Source of the DNA: Eledone cirrhosa
Lineage: Eukaryota
NCBI GenBank assembly: GCA_964016885.1
Contig: OZ024742.1
Span: 98,456,001 to 98,520,000 of the forward strand
Direction of reading: 5' to 3'
DNA: 64,000 bases
The notes under the pieces were generated by a model. That model ran no database searches. It saw only the letters and a list, made by a program, of their open reading frames with translations, and had not been told where the DNA came from. Position numbers and translations under genes: made by a program. Below are positions 15,000 to 30,380 of the stretch, one piece after another (within the stretch, counting starts at the first letter, position 1; each line of letters starts with the position of its first letter).

Positions 15000-15394
15000 T
15001 TACCTATATATATATATATATATATACACAATTATATATACATATATATACGTCCATGTGTATGACTAGGTTGACCACATATAACACAGGCAACATAAGC
15101 GCACAGAAATGCATGCATATAAACATATGCGTCATATATGTATACTCACATTTGATATGCATATATATATAATGCATATTCATGCATAAGCAATAATATA
15201 AATTATGTATGCATTATATATGACAGAGAAGACTAATCAATTATTCGTACGATTGTTCTCAATTCCAAGTTCAACAATATATGCAAAAACACCCACGAAC
15301 AAACACACTCTCAGTCATATATATGCATATAGATCTAAATATATATCCCAATATATATATATATATAAATATATATATGTTTATATATATATAA

Positions 15395-15476
<82 letters not shown>

Positions 15477-15921
15477 GTCTGTATGTGTGTGTGTGTGCGT
15501 GTCAGTGCATGTGTGAGTGTGCGTGTGAGTGTTTGCATGTATGTATGTATGACTTTTTATATATAATATGACATCTTTTGAAACAGATAATAGACAATAT
15601 TTGAATTGTCAACGAGATTCCATTAGACATTATAACCAATCGCCGTAAAGAAGATGAAAAAAAAATGACTAGCTTTCATTAGCAACTAACTAACGAGAAG
15701 ATAGATCTTCTTTGACACATCCTTTCTTGTTGGTTTGTCTTTGTTGTTCAATTGGCTCTGTTCACCATTCCATTAACTACGAATCAAATGAATAAAGATA
15801 TTATCTCAATAAGCGAAGTGAATCTATGTTATTATATATACTTACCTGTATAGATATTGTTATGTATGTATGAATGTATGCATGTATATATGCATGCATG
15901 AATATAAGTATGACTTGTGTG

Positions 15922-15990
<69 letters not shown>

Positions 15991-16644
15991 AGACAATAAC
16001 ACACACAAGGTAGAGAGAGAGAGAGAGAGAGAGAGATGTATATAGACAAATACATATGTATATTGGGGTAATGTACTTGCATATTACTTTCTATTGGAAG
16101 AGAGGAATTCGATCAATCCTAATTACTTGACTGGTAATTTATCGGCTACAAAGCCATAAAAAGAAAAGTTAGCCTTTGCGGTATTTGGACTCAGAACACT
16201 GAGCCGGAACGAATAACACAAATTTATTCTCCGTTGCGATAACGAATCTGTCAAACGACTGTATTTTCGTTTCTCTTCTTTCTGTCTGCTTTTCCGCCTA
16301 GAGGATATCTGCTGTGATCAGGGCCTGTATAAAATGCAAAATAAAGTGCCAATCCAAGGTGTTTGATTGGTGAAAGATTTAGTGTTGGACGAAAAGCCTT
16401 GCGCTCTCTCTCTTTCTCACTTCCACATACACACACACTCTCTCTTGACAGTTTTGCCTTGTGAATTCAAATTTTTCCAGTTGACTGAAGTCCCAAAAAT
16501 GGCTCGGTTGAATCACTCTACAACGTAGCCAGAATTGATCATGCGACGACTTGCAATTGTTGAGACAGGAATTTATTTTATATCATAGCAGCGAATGATG
16601 ATAACGTTCATTTAATGTTATTAATATTATGACCAACTAAAGTG

Positions 16645-16790
16645 AGGTGGATTTGCAGAGTTGTTATAGTGTCGGAGAACATTTATTACGACTGAGAGTT
16701 TCATACGATTACGTTTTGAGTTCAAATCCCGCCGAGGTTAAGTTTGGCTTTTATCAATACGAGGTCGATAAAATATGCAATCGACTTTCC
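16645..16790 (+). mobile_element. Degenerate tRNA-derived SINE
   Basis: B-box-like gagttcaaatccc followed by gccgaggtt..gcttttatc..gaggtcgataaaat. Confidence 0.65.
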
Positions 16791-18699
16791 AAAAGTTCAT
16801 TGGTCTTGTGCCGATATCACCAAGCATTTTTTTTTAAATCTAAACATTTTCAGGTTTTGGCAGAAATATTTTGAGTCTTTTACGGAAATGTTGATTAGAT
16901 TATTATCATGTTTTCTTTTAGTTTGTGAGTTATCTTTTAGTTATGGAAGATAATGTTAGACATAATGAGTGGGAAGTCATATTCACAGAATTATAGACTC
17001 TGATTTATGATACTTGATATGAAATATACATTACTCTTTATATTTCTAGGGTGTATTGTAATGTTTTGATAATTTAATTAAGTGTTATATATTATATTGT
17101 AAATGGGGACATTAGCAAACGATTATATATAGGTACATAACTATATTAAATAATACAGTGTTTATGCAAAGAATAACAACAGCAATAAGATATGAAATAC
17201 AAAACACAAAATATATATTAATGCCAATATTCACACTCATGGAAAAATATTTCTAAAAAGCTGACAATGGTTTAAAGCGAGGGAGCTAGAAAGCAGCTTG
17301 TTTGTATTATGATACAACTGATACATCCATATCAGGCTGTGATAAAATCACGCATATCCTTACACAAAACACGTCCCATAGACTTAAATTGTTTTAGTTG
17401 ATATAAAACCCTATCATTAACATTTTTTCAATGAAAGATATCATCTATGGTCTCCAAATAATTTTGAAAGTAACGAACAATATGGATGGATTCATTGATA
17501 TAATTAACACTCGCGTTATTACGATGGTGTTTTAACACAATTTAGCAAGGACCCTGGCAAAACTAGCAATAAAATGGTGGAAGCATAAGTAATTTAATAA
17601 AAAAAATATTCGTCCTGGTCATCGTTGCGTTTGATCCATTCGAGATTGATAAATAAACTGCAAGTTTGGGCTCAGGGCTTTCAGCGAAATTGATAAACTG
17701 GCGAATAGGTTGCTTTGCAGTATCTGTTCCGATTCTTTGCCAGGATTTGCGACCGGCAAGTACTAACAGCAATAAAAACTACGGTTCCTACCTGTTCCTT
17801 TCTTTTCTTCTTTTTATTTCCTTTATTTTATATTTTACCTTCGGCAAACAGTGAATGTAACGGGCGATAGTTTTAATAGTTCTTTTGTGACTGGGTTGAT
17901 TATGGATGATCAGAATACCCACTTGTTATATTGAAGATAAAAACAAAATACCCATTTCAGTTTCTTATGTAAGACGATCACTAATTGTGTCTCTGGGGAA
18001 TAATTTCCCGTGTGACAATCATAGCAGATCATAGGACGATATAATTAATTACAGACGAAATAATTAATTACATATTCGTAGTTTCTCTGAAGTCAGTGAA
18101 TTAGCAGAATCCTTAGAATGGTAGATGGAATTGTTGCAGTAACCGTTCCGGAGTTCAACTCGCACCGGGCTAAATATTGTTTTTCCTCCTATCGATGTCG
18201 ATAAAAATGTACCAATCCAGTAATTGGATCATTCTTTCTCTATATCTCTTTCTCCGTTTTTCTCTACCAACCTCTGTATTTCACTGGACAAAATCGCCGA
18301 GGTTCTGACCTTGAAAGGGATGAGCTCCGCCAGGTTTAAGATGTCTAAAACACGTCGTATGTCACTACGGTGCTTCCGAATCTATCAGGAGATACAGTTC
18401 TACACAAACATGAAACATTCTCTCTGAAATACATTAGGTATAATATTGAATATTTCAATTAACATAATTCCTTTGAAAGTATTCTTAAATATGTTAACGT
18501 TTAATGTTTTACCTTATTAATAGATAAATAATTTCATTACACTAATTAAAATGTTCGTAGTTAAAGGTACATTACACAAACGAACACTACGTAGAAGAGT
18601 AAGATATTTCTTTTTATAGAAGTTTGAATTGATTAAATAAACCAAAAAACTTAATGCTATTGTCATTGAACTATCTGAACTCCTGTGTATATATAAGGC

Positions 18700-18845
18700 T
18701 GATAATTGGCAAAGTCGTTAGAAGAGTGTAGAGAAAGCTTTGCAGTATTTATTTCGGCTCCCTGCTCTCTAAGTTCAAATCCCACCGAGATCAATATCGC
18801 CTTTCATTCTTTCTATGTTGATAAAACAAGTATCAGTCTAGTCCT
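18700..18845 (+). mobile_element. Degenerate tRNA-derived SINE
   Basis: ttggcaaagtcgttaga ... agttcaaatcccaccgagatcaatatcgcctttcattctt..gttgataaaacaagtatcag. Confidence 0.65.
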
Positions 18846-19033
18846 TTAGTCGATCCTTCGTCTATATCTCCTTCAAAATTCCATTTTGTCACTCTGTATT
18901 TTTCTCTGGAAGAAATCATCTGTATTCAGTCCTGGAGAGGCATGGGCTCCGCTAGGGTTAAACTTGCCCTAGAAACACCGTATGTAAACATGGTGTCCCA
19001 ACGACTCCCTCGAGAGTTATGGACCCATGCATG

Positions 19034-19110
<77 letters not shown>

Positions 19111-19111
19111 T

Positions 19112-19250
19112 AGTGAAAGTAGAGGACCTACCGCGAGATCGGCTGTTACGACCCGTTAGCTGAAGATCCTCTACTTTCAATAATATACAGACTCTGCATC
19201 GTAACGTGTATTGAGTGCTTTTTTTATTTGTAGTCTTCCCGGTTCCAATA
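19112..19250 (+). mobile_element. Tiny PLE-like fold-back end
   Basis: tgaaagtagagga / tcctctactttca inverted pair, then the tail gactctgcatcgtaacgtgtattgagtgct. Abuts (CA)n(TA)n. Confidence 0.5.
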
Positions 19251-20624
19251 CTGCAGGCTGTTAATGCTCTAATCTAATTAAATGTAATTCAATATTATAT
19301 TGTGATAAACAGAAAAATGATATGTCGAAGGCAGTAGAAACGCTGGTACGATTGATGAATATTTCATTATACTTTGCAAAATAGTTTTTGCCTTTTATTT
19401 TTAGGTATAACTACTAAAGCAATTGAGTCTGTTATATTCACTAACTAAAGATATTTCGCAGAATGATAAACTGCTCAATAGTACCGTCTCCTCTTAATGG
19501 GCTGTTTAAAAATTAAAAACTTACCTTCATCGTTCCTTCACTAGGACATGTAAGTAAGAAAAAGAACTTCAACAATTTTAGTATTAAAACAACTCTAACC
19601 ATCTCTGCTATTATGATACAAAGCTGTTTTTTTTTATTCTAGAGTGTTTATATTTATCTAAAAGCCTTCCATACTCATTTTGTTCGTTTTGTTTTGCTTT
19701 TTAGAAACTGGTAAAATATGTTACTGAAATCAGATTAAAAATGCGCCGTACAAATTCCTGTTTATTTTCAAAATTATTCGAAAATCATTAGAAATATGGT
19801 AAAGATAGTTTTAAAATGTAATCTTTATCTCCAGTATGACCGGAATACTTAGAAGGAAGTATAGATGCTACGAGGGGAAACTGTTGCACATCACTTCTAG
19901 GCTATACATTTTGAATATAACATGTGAATGCGTAGCAACACTTAATGTGTATCAAAAACAAAACGTTAATATGTGTCATCCATTTCCATGGTATTCACAT
20001 CACACACGCACTCTCATTCACTTCCTCTCTATTACACATCCTCATGTAGTAATTTTATGTGCAAAAGGAGCATTATGGCTCCCACATATTAGAGGATCAC
20101 TCCACATAGCAGAAAATACTGAATAGCATCTCTTATATGGGTTTATTTTTATGTGTTTCATGATTTAACGTGTAGCTGAAACCAAAACATTAAAAGACCT
20201 TCTTCCGCCCACTACAGCATATGATTTGTTCAAACTCTCTCGTACAGTGTTTGCTTGCACATCAAGATTCGATATGCATCAAGGACCTATACATTAAAAG
20301 ATCAGCTCCATTCCATAAGATCTTGATCAACCTCTATCAGAGTGTGCTAATGTGTGCACATCTCTATAAGAGCGCCTGTATGTTTGTACGTGTACATGGC
20401 CTGCCTGCGCATGTAAACCCTCTAACATGAACATATCTCAAGTACAAATATCTGCAAAATGAAAAACAACAGACAATAAAACCCCAAATGCACAGTTGCA
20501 CTCAGGGATGTTACAATAACGGCAGCAATTAAACGTTATCGATTCCTCTCAGTGTTTATCTTTGATGCCTTTATTTTCAATTCGGTTCCGTAGACGTGAT
20601 CGCCATAAAAGAATTACCAGAATC

Positions 20625-20764
20625 GTCACCGTCATCACCATCGTCAACATCATCATCATCACCATCATTGTGATCGTGGTTGTTGGTCGTCATCATATTC
20701 ATCATCAGCAGCAGCAGAGGCAAGAACAACTACATCAGCTGTATCGACGACGTTATAGTCGTCG

Positions 20765-20804
<40 letters not shown>

Positions 20805-21110
20805 TATCATTATCATCATGAACGTCATCATCATCGTTATAATCATAGCCATCATCATCACAGCCATATGAATTATTGGCGCCCTTGTCAATGCTGATCT
20901 TCCTTATTATTCTTATTTTCACCAACACAACTCCCACGAATTCCGATCCCCCCATCATCACCATCACCACAACATGCACCACCACCACCAACACAAATAC
21001 CACCATAAGCAATAACATTACCACCACCACCATCACCACTACAAACATCACCAACATCACGACTATATAAACGAACACCAGCAGAACCAACAACAACAGC
21101 AACAACAGCA
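20625..21110. repeat. (CAT)n/(CAC)n/(CAA)n low-complexity tract
   Basis: Direct reading. Confidence 0.9.
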
Positions 21111-21479
21111 CTAAAATATATATGATAGCTGTGAAAATTGTGGCACGGGGTGCCATCCCTTCTCATCATCATGGAAGAGGGAAGAGAGCCAGTCTAACTA
21201 GGACAGAGTGTGGAACGAGTATTATATCAAACACAAATATACTTAGAATATCAAGCCTGTGGGGATCGAACTCCAGATACTTTCTCACTACGAATACCAA
21301 ATTGTCCCTGAGTTTTAGAGAATATTTAGAAACATTCTCTATATCGAGTTAACCTACAAACACGTACATCAAAAAATATATTGATTGCTTATACACACAT
21401 ATAGGGACTTATACGCATTCTCTCTCTGTCTGACTCTCTCTCTCTCCGCCTCTCTCTCTCTCTCTCGCTCTCTCAAACT

Positions 21480-21520
<41 letters not shown>

Positions 21521-21531
21521 AATGTGTGTGA

Positions 21532-21579
<48 letters not shown>

Positions 21580-21600
21580 ATATATATATAATAATATATA

Positions 21601-21970
21601 CAAGGCCAGTAATTATCCAGTGTATTACTGGTACTTTATTTTATCGAGCCCATAAGAATGAAAGGCAAAGTTAACCTCGGCGGGATTTGAACTCAGCATG
21701 GCAAGGGCCGTAACTCTATGCGTCAAAGCATGGCGTCCGACCCTCTACCGATACTGCCAACCCACCGCCCTTCTATATATATATAATAATTGTTTCTACT
21801 TTTAGGCACAAGGCCAGCAATTACCCAGTGCATTACTGGTACTTTATTTTATCGACCCCGTAAGGATGAAAGGCAAAGTCAACCGCGGCGGGATTTGAAC
21901 TCAGATCGTAAAGCGACGTAACTATGCTGCAAAGCATGGCGTCCGACCCTCTACCGATACTGCCAATCCA
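21601..21970 (-). mobile_element. Two tandem copies of a tRNA-derived SINE (21601-21772 and 21786-21970)
   Basis: Minus strand: ttggcagtatcggtagag (A-box-like), gagttcaaatcc (B box), and body gcctttcatccttacggggtcgataaaataaagtaccag (Meta/MESC-type conserved domain, from memory). Confidence 0.85.
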
Positions 21971-22268
21971 TATATATAATAATTATTATTATTTCGAGTA
22001 CGTGTTGGTTAATCACCTACTCTTCAGGAAGCTGCGTAGAGAACTCGACGTGTGCGCATATGGGTTTCTTTACTGACGAGTATATTTATAAACATTGATA
22101 TGCTCCTGGCTAACTTTTGTTGTCGCTTTATCTAACGCACCGGTAGCAATATGCTTCTCGTGCTTTGAGAAACCAACACCAACATTGAATCGATACAACA
22201 GGATTAAGCTTTATTTCGTCTTTATGTTTTTTCTTTGTTTTGTTTTCTATTTTTCTGTTCTAATTCTA

Positions 22269-22327
22269 GCTATCTGATGAGCTCATAGTTGTTGTATAAC
22301 AGTTACCACTGAAATATAAATAACAGC
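22269..22327 (+). ncRNA. Degenerate hammerhead ribozyme in a PLE 3' remnant
   Basis: gctat-CTGATGA-gctca tagttgtt gtat aacagtta ccact-GAAAT ataa ATA-acagc. An upstream frame ends KPTPTLNRYNRIKL, resembling the PxLN end of a GIY-YIG ORF. Confidence 0.5.
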
Positions 22328-22338
22328 GACTATGAATA

Positions 22339-22750
22339 AACGAGGTTAATTTTAACCCGTTGGCTTATACTTCATATATATATATAAACGGAAAAAATGA
22401 AACGAAATTTCATTTCTCACTCTTAGTACGGCTGTTACTTAAATATAAGTATGTATACGTACATACATATATGTATACAGATGTACAGTAGTATGTATAT
22501 ATATATACATACATGCACACATATATATATGCACGTATGGATTCACCGAACATTTATTATAATGCTCGGTGTGTTTATAAACAAACATCCCGAATTAAGC
22601 CCTACAGTGTCTAGCAACCATCGTTGCTTATTTGTTCAACACTGACAAAGGAACGCTGTACTAGTTTCAATACACCGCGCATTATAATAAATGTTCATGT
22701 ATATATATATATACATGAAGTATAAGCCAACGGGTTAAAATTAACCTCGT
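22339..22750. mobile_element. Family D copy (22385-22670) bracketed by a 36-bp inverted repeat
   Basis: acgaggttaattttaacccgttggcttatacttcat vs atgaagtataagccaacgggttaaaattaacctcgt. Confidence 0.75.
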
Positions 22751-23151
22751 ATATATATATATATTCATATATATATATTTAACAAACAAGCACTTGTCTA
22801 ATGACACTGTGAGAAAGCAAGTGAAACTCTACTTCGACAATGAGCACTCTTTTCGCTCGACCGTCTACTACTCATGATGATAGCAACACTTGCTCACACC
22901 ACCCATCTGTATACATACAGCGAAAGCTGGGTCACACGTCATGCACTCTATCAAACATGTGTGTATACTCTTTTAAACGCAGAGACCACACCTATAAACC
23001 CTCCAAAATCTTACACCCAACATAGAAAGCAGGGTGTTAGAAATATGAGTGAAACAACTGAGAACGTGTACGTGCCACAAGAAACGGTAAGTTTGTGGTA
23101 TTGAGTGACGAAAGTGTGAACTGCAACAGCAAGATTATAGGGAGGATCAGT

Positions 23152-23199
<48 letters not shown>

Positions 23200-23200
<1 letters not shown>

Positions 23201-23395
23201 CGAAGGAAATGTGGTAAGGAACCAGATGGACCATAACGCACCAAAGTACTCAATACTTAGGGTAGTAGAGTGGGTAATAAGAACGAGTAGAACCCCGACG
23301 GCTGAGCTCAAGCCGTTTCGACGCCTAATTCTGGACGCAGTCCAGAATTAGCCGTCGAAACGGCTTGAGCTCAGCAGTCGGGGTCCTAGTCGTTC
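23200..23395 (-). mobile_element. PLE-like fold-back: ~56-bp-arm hairpin (23281-23395) plus tail
   Basis: Near-perfect palindrome centred at ctggac-gca-gtccag, containing cGAAAC. Minus-strand tail reads cactctactaccctaagtattgagtact. (TA)n on both sides. Confidence 0.7.
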
Positions 23396-25256
23396 CTATA
23401 TATATATATATAAATATATATAAGTGTGTGTTGGAGAGAGAGAGAGAGAGAGAGTTAGTGAGAGAGAGAGGGGAGATCGAGAGAGAGAGGGAGATAATGA
23501 GATAGAAAGAGAGGGGGAGAAGAGAGAGAGCGAGAGAGATTAATAAAAAGGGAATCCGATCGGAAAAGATGATTATCCTAAAAAATGTTTGAAAAAAGTT
23601 ATTGTAAATCAAATTAACCATTGACTTAGATTTCCAACACGCTCGCAACCCTTGGAATTTTGAGTCACACTTCCTGTTGTCGATACCTGGCGGATTGAAG
23701 GCAATGTCAACTTTAGTTAGATTTGAATTTAGAGCGAAAAGCTCTGTAAAGAGAAAACATTTGCTCTAATGATTTAATCATGCTGCCAATCCACACTGTA
23801 CTGAACAACATATTTCCCTAAAATGGCGTTGAATGGGAGACATTTAACGAAATAAAAATAACAGTTGAGCCGGTTTATATCAAGTGGCTAAAAAAATAAA
23901 ATTGATATTTTATGAAATTTGTTAGTTTACGCATGACTGCTGATCAGCCAAATACAACAGTATAGAGCTGTATATGAAAACAAAAAAATTAAATAAATTG
24001 CAGCCCCTCACTGACGAGAATTCTATGGATATGATGTAGCCTCTATGCACCGTCGGCTACCGCAATTTTATATAAAGAAAACCAATTTTTTTGAAACAGA
24101 TTGAACCCATTATCCCCGGAAACTATATATTCTAGGTATCCTGCAGTCGCATTAAACTCTAAACCACATATATGCGATGAAAATATCGTAACAATGTATC
24201 CCCTGTAAAGAGATAAAATGTATGTTTTTCAAATATAAATGTCGTAGTGATATCTATTTTCATAATTTATTTGTTATTAAATAGAACCGTAACAGATATA
24301 TCATTTCACATATATTCACATATTGATTGTGAGAGATAAATCTAAATGTCAGTTATTTTCTTCATTGTGTTCACATTCTCGCAGTTAACCTATTTCCTAA
24401 CATCTGTTTTCTCTTTCTCCATTTATAAATCTAAGGGTATATACAAATCTTGATGTGTGCAAAGGTAATTTTTTTTCGAGTATACGTTTTTTTACCCTTG
24501 TTATTTTTTCTAGTTATGTATTTATACATTTCTCTCAATAATATCATTTTCGTAGTTGTGTTTGTCGTTATAAGGTAGGTTGTCACACATGATTACCGTC
24601 TTATTTCCTGTTATATTCTATTGTATTGTTAGTGCTGCTGTATGTGTTCAATATATTTCAAAATATTAGCAAGATTTCCCTTCACCAACGAAAGAACGGG
24701 TGCTGCCACTGCTATTCGCTTACCCGTCTCCTCTCATATCACAGGTAGCCATATTGACAATATTCGCCATGAAACATAATGAACACATACAAAAACAAAA
24801 CAAAGAAAATTTGATTGTTCCACAAAAAATCCACACTAATCAACAAATTTCATTCAACAATGAAAGGAAAATAATGATAAAATGATATAATCAACAAATT
24901 CTCAAGAAATTACATATTCATATCAGAGCTATGGAAAATACGTACAGCCATTACAAATAGTAAGAACAAAGTCAGAGATTTCTAATATAGAGAACCTTTC
25001 ATACTTAGTCGGAGGAAATCGTCGATGAACCTCCTCTCATGACTTCAGTTGTAGTGCATTATATGGACCTGTGACGAATGGAAGGCAAGGTTGGCCTCGG
25101 TACTATCCTTATGAGAGGGATTTCTGACAGAGGAACAATGACATATGCTATCTATCTACGAAATCGAATACTGTAATTGAGAGCTACCTTACTTTTTCGG
25201 TCTATAAACAATGAAAGGCAAAATCAAATCAGGGTAAGTTTGGACTCAAATCATAA

Positions 25257-25390
<134 letters not shown>

Positions 25391-25677
25391 CTTACTACTG
25401 GACTGGAATATATGACTGAAAAAAAAACGAAGGTCGAATTTGGTGGCGCGATTGGATCTGTGAACTTACCGAGTTGAAATATATAACACATATTCTATTT
25501 GACGCTACCAACGAATTTGCCAAATCGCCGACTGAAAAGGACATAACTAAATTTTTACGTAAATCAAAATTTAAAGGGTCGTAAACAGTAGAGTTCTAAT
25601 TATGATTAATATGGCATTAGAGCACAAAACACAAATTGAATAATAAATTTGCGTTGCTTCTAGTTACATTCGAAGCA

Positions 25678-25830
25678 AGGCGCCGAATTGACAGAGTCAT
25701 TAGAACCTTAGATAGTGTGCTTTACGGCATTCTTTCGACACATGCACTCTCTGAATGCAAATCCCGCCGAACCAAAATTTGCGTTTCACACTATAGACGA
25801 TGAAAAATATTCTAGTCTGTTACTGGCATC
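25678..25830 (+). mobile_element. Degenerate SINE
   Basis: ggcgccgaattgacagagtcattagaac ... gcaaatcccgccgaacc..gcgtttcac. Confidence 0.55.
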
Positions 25831-26329
25831 ATTTCATCTATTCTCTGCTCCACTTTTTTCTGCTACTCCGGAAAAAATCAGGTGTGTTCACAACTGGAGA
25901 GAGGATGAAACCGCTACGTTTAAAAGATTTCAGTACAGTTCCTAAAATATGACAGCGCTCCTACGACTCCATCAGCAGATACAGGTCCATCCATCAATAT
26001 ATACATACATGCATGCATGTGTACCTGCATACATTATACCTGCATACATATTTGATGGCTGCAAACTCTATTAAGAGTATTGCAATCACTTTTCTGATTA
26101 TAGAGTTTGGTACACTTTTAAGCTACGCCCAGCCACACTTACCTGTAACACACCCTGAACAAGCAGTGCCTGTGCTTTCAAGGTGTTTTTTTTTAAAGTG
26201 GGGAAAGCCCTAGCACTCGACGAATACCACTCTCTGAGCATCGAAAACACTACCTGAAAAAGGAGAGCTAGTCAACATCATCAGATGCTTCCGAAGACGC
26301 AGGGTGTTTTTTCTTGGGGGGGGGGGGGG

Positions 26330-26602
26330 GGGCAGAGTTTCCATCTACTAGAAAGGTGTTGTGAAACAAGTGGGGCTTTTCAATCCCAGATGGAATAGAA
26401 ATATTATTTGGATAGCAGTTGACTCTCCTGAGTTCTTCCGCCCTTTGGCTGGTCTTGTATTTCATCACACAGGGTGTCCAAATATCACCCTCCTCACCAA
26501 GCAAGCTTGGTGGAGTCGGCGTTTTAGTCGCCGACGACCCAACCATGAGACACGTTGTACTGGGTTACATGTTACCAGTAGCACTCGAGAGCGACCTGAC
26601 AT
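26330..26602 (-). mobile_element. Dispersed repeat, RTE-like 5' region
   Basis: Aligns by eye with 35300-35560 (tcaccctcctcaccaag, cgacccRaccatg, cagtagcac, gacctgaca). Confidence 0.55.
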
Positions 26603-26958
26603 AGACATACATATATACATAAATTCATACACAGATATACACATATATACATACATATATACATACAGACATATAGACATATATACATACATATATACAT
26701 ACATACACACATATACACATATATGCATACAAACCTCAAATCCAACCGTAGTCCATAAAGTAACGAGAATCAAGTAACGGGATACATTTAATTGATTACA
26801 GGAACTCTATGGATGTTCGAACCCTTACAAATCCATAATTTAGTATTGTTCAGTTGTTGCTTCGCTTAGTGATGTGCAACATTATCTTCTTTCCATAACC
26901 ACATCTTTTTTTTTATATATAACATGGGTTCCACCATATGACAGCTATATAAAACTAA

Positions 26959-27023
<65 letters not shown>

Positions 27024-27289
27024 CAGAGATAGAGGTAAAACCCCGTTTGAAACAGCGAACGGGATTTTACATATATACATATCCCGCTAGACATTCGAGT
27101 GAACCCATGATTAGTTGTCAGATTTTTCACGTTTCTCCTCCCAACTCGCTTTTCTTCATTTCCTTTCCTAACCTCCTCACACTACGCATATGTCCATCTG
27201 CTCTCTCCTTATCCAAATGTCCTGATGAATGATTTATGTCCGAAACTTTGAACCTTCTTCCACTTCCTCCAAGTGTAAACCTAATATAG

Positions 27290-27408
27290 CTATGTAATTT
27301 TGCCTTCCAGGGTTTGGTTTCGTTTTGTTGATTAGCTGTATATATATATATATATATAAGTATGTGTGTATACGTACATACATATATGTACACAGACGCA
27401 CAGCAGCA

Positions 27409-27460
<52 letters not shown>

Positions 27461-27715
27461 CATACACATACATACATATACATACAGGTACACATACATA
27501 TATGCACGTATCAGTTTAGCGGACGCTTATTATAACGCCGCTTTGTTCGTTTGTAAACAAATTGAACAGCCTGAATTTTTATGCCGTACGGTGTTAAGGC
27601 AACCACGTCACCTTTTTGTTCAACACTGACACAGGAACAATGTACTAGTTTCATTTAAGTAAGTGCCGTACTAAGAGTGAGAAATGAAATTTCGTTTTCA
27701 TTTTATTTCAACTTA
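27290..27715. mobile_element. Family D copy with inverted end
   Basis: caacactgacacaggaacaatgtactagtttca followed by the inverted terminus gtactaagagtgagaaatgaaatttcgtttt. Confidence 0.7.
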
Positions 27716-28324
27716 TATATATATATATATATATATACGCAATTTGCCCCCCCCCCCCCCATTGCCCACGGGGTTTATGTTCCTAGAGCAGCCACGAAGA
27801 GTGAAAAACCGCGAATATTTGATGTGTACATAAAATGCAAGTAAACATCAAAATATACCGTTAAATATAATGAAAAAAGTGTTGTGCGAAGGGGCGTCCT
27901 GTAGGCCAACAAATAAGGTATATTGTTATTAATAATTTACCATTACTTTGCATCTGGAATGATCTTCAGCCAAGGTGATTTCTAGAAGACCAACAATCAC
28001 TTTATTGCAAGTGGTTCTTCTCCAAGTGAACGATGGTGTGTAGAGGAATGGCAAAAGCCAATAGTGCTTCACATGAGTGATGCAGAATGAAACCTCAGCA
28101 TGTAAAGCGCGGAAAGAAATACCGCAAGTCTTCAAGACGGGCGCTTTAACATCCACAAATACACTTCCTTTGACTGGTAATATATTTATTGATTCGGAAA
28201 GGGTGAGAGGCAAATATATCGTCGAAAGTTTAACTAAGATGAATCGTTTAAATCCGTAGCCTCAATGACTCAGCAAATTCGCCTTATATATAATATATAA
28301 TTACATACCCTGAAACACACACAC

Positions 28325-28919
<595 letters not shown>

Positions 28920-29148
28920 ATATGTGTATGAGTGTGTGATATGGAACAACCTGTCATCCGAAGATCTACCGTCCTCTCAGATAGTCACGGTGTTTCAACC
29001 TGGGGATTACATTAAGAGTATAAGTCTCTCCGGTATAGTCAATCACGTCCATACTACAATTCATGTCAAGGTATACACGTTAAACCAATTATTGTTACAT
29101 ACATATGTAGGTCACAACGGCAGTGTTCATCAACATACACATATATAA

Positions 29149-29276
<128 letters not shown>

Positions 29277-29980
29277 AATTATACATATAAGTGAGTGTAT
29301 TTCTAATCATTCTCACTTGTCAGATTCTAGTTGTTTTTCATGTCAGAAATTGTTTTAAGTGTTTCAATACTTCAATATGTTATTATAATTTTTAAACATT
29401 AGTGAACAGCGAGGGACAGATTTGCATGTAATTTCTGTTAATTTGAGACATCCCACCAAAGACCTTATTTCGGCCTTCTGTTCTGAAATTACCATCAGGG
29501 AATGTTATATATATAACACACATAGATAATTTGCACATACACACATATTCAAATAAACAATTGAACAATAACACACACATCTACACACGTACGCAAGCTC
29601 ACATACAATCACACATATTCTCTCTCTTTCTCTTTATCTCTCTCTCCCTCTTTTTCGATACTGTCTCTCCCAATACCTCTATCTATGTCTAGTCATCCAT
29701 TGTAGATGTGGTATCCCATGGCCGATGCAGGAGAATATATAATTGTGTTTTTAAATGTATATATATATATATAGTATTAGTTACACTATTTATGGTTATG
29801 TAAATACAAAACCTTATGCAGTTATAAGTATTTTTTATATATACACCCTAAATAGTGGTAGGCAGTAATGTATTACTACCTTATTACCAGTAAGTTTGGA
29901 GGAAACAGCTGTAAGCACAATAATGTTTTGAACAGTTCTTTGATTCTTATATTTCATATATTTCATATATATATATATAT

Positions 29981-30039
<59 letters not shown>

Positions 30040-30246
30040 GTGTGTGTGTGTGTGTACTTTCTTAATCTAGAATTATATGATTAAGATGTGTATTAAAATA
30101 GCAGATTACTTATAAAAAGTATGCAGTGTGCATTTGCATAGGTACATATGATGCAGTTCATTGCACATGAATCAGTGGGTTAGAGATAGCATGAATTTTG
30201 TATTACATGAATTTTGAACATAAAATATTGTTCCATTAATTAGACT

Positions 30247-30380
30247 GAGGTGGAGTAGCAGAGCTATTAGTGCGTCGGACAAAATGCTTAGCATATTTGA
30301 ACCCCCTCTTTACGTTTAGAATTCAAACCCCGATGAGGTAAACTTTACATTTCATCTTTCTAGTGTTAAAGTTCATATAT
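30247..30380 (+). mobile_element. Degenerate SINE
   Basis: ggtggagtagcagagctattagtgcgtcggacaaaatgctt ... gaattcaaaccccgatgaggtaaactttacatttcatc. Confidence 0.6.

Noticed and set aside
20562-21172. His-, Thr- or Asp-rich ORFs (also 33540-34122 and 50565-50960)
   Set aside because: Trinucleotide microsatellites open in several frames, with no recognisable domain or splice evidence.
24008-24080. CTGACGA motif (also 22073 and 26277-26284 on the minus strand)
   Set aside because: No GAAA with closable stems I-III.
27218-27255. CTGATGA..cGAAAC (similar traces at ~8405, ~29460 minus, ~41795 minus, ~42700 minus)
   Set aside because: Probably decayed PLE hammerheads, but the stems no longer pair well enough to call.
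27727-28290. Possible Tc1/pogo-type remnant
   Set aside because: Only a vague terminal resemblance; no matching TIR pair or transposase motif.
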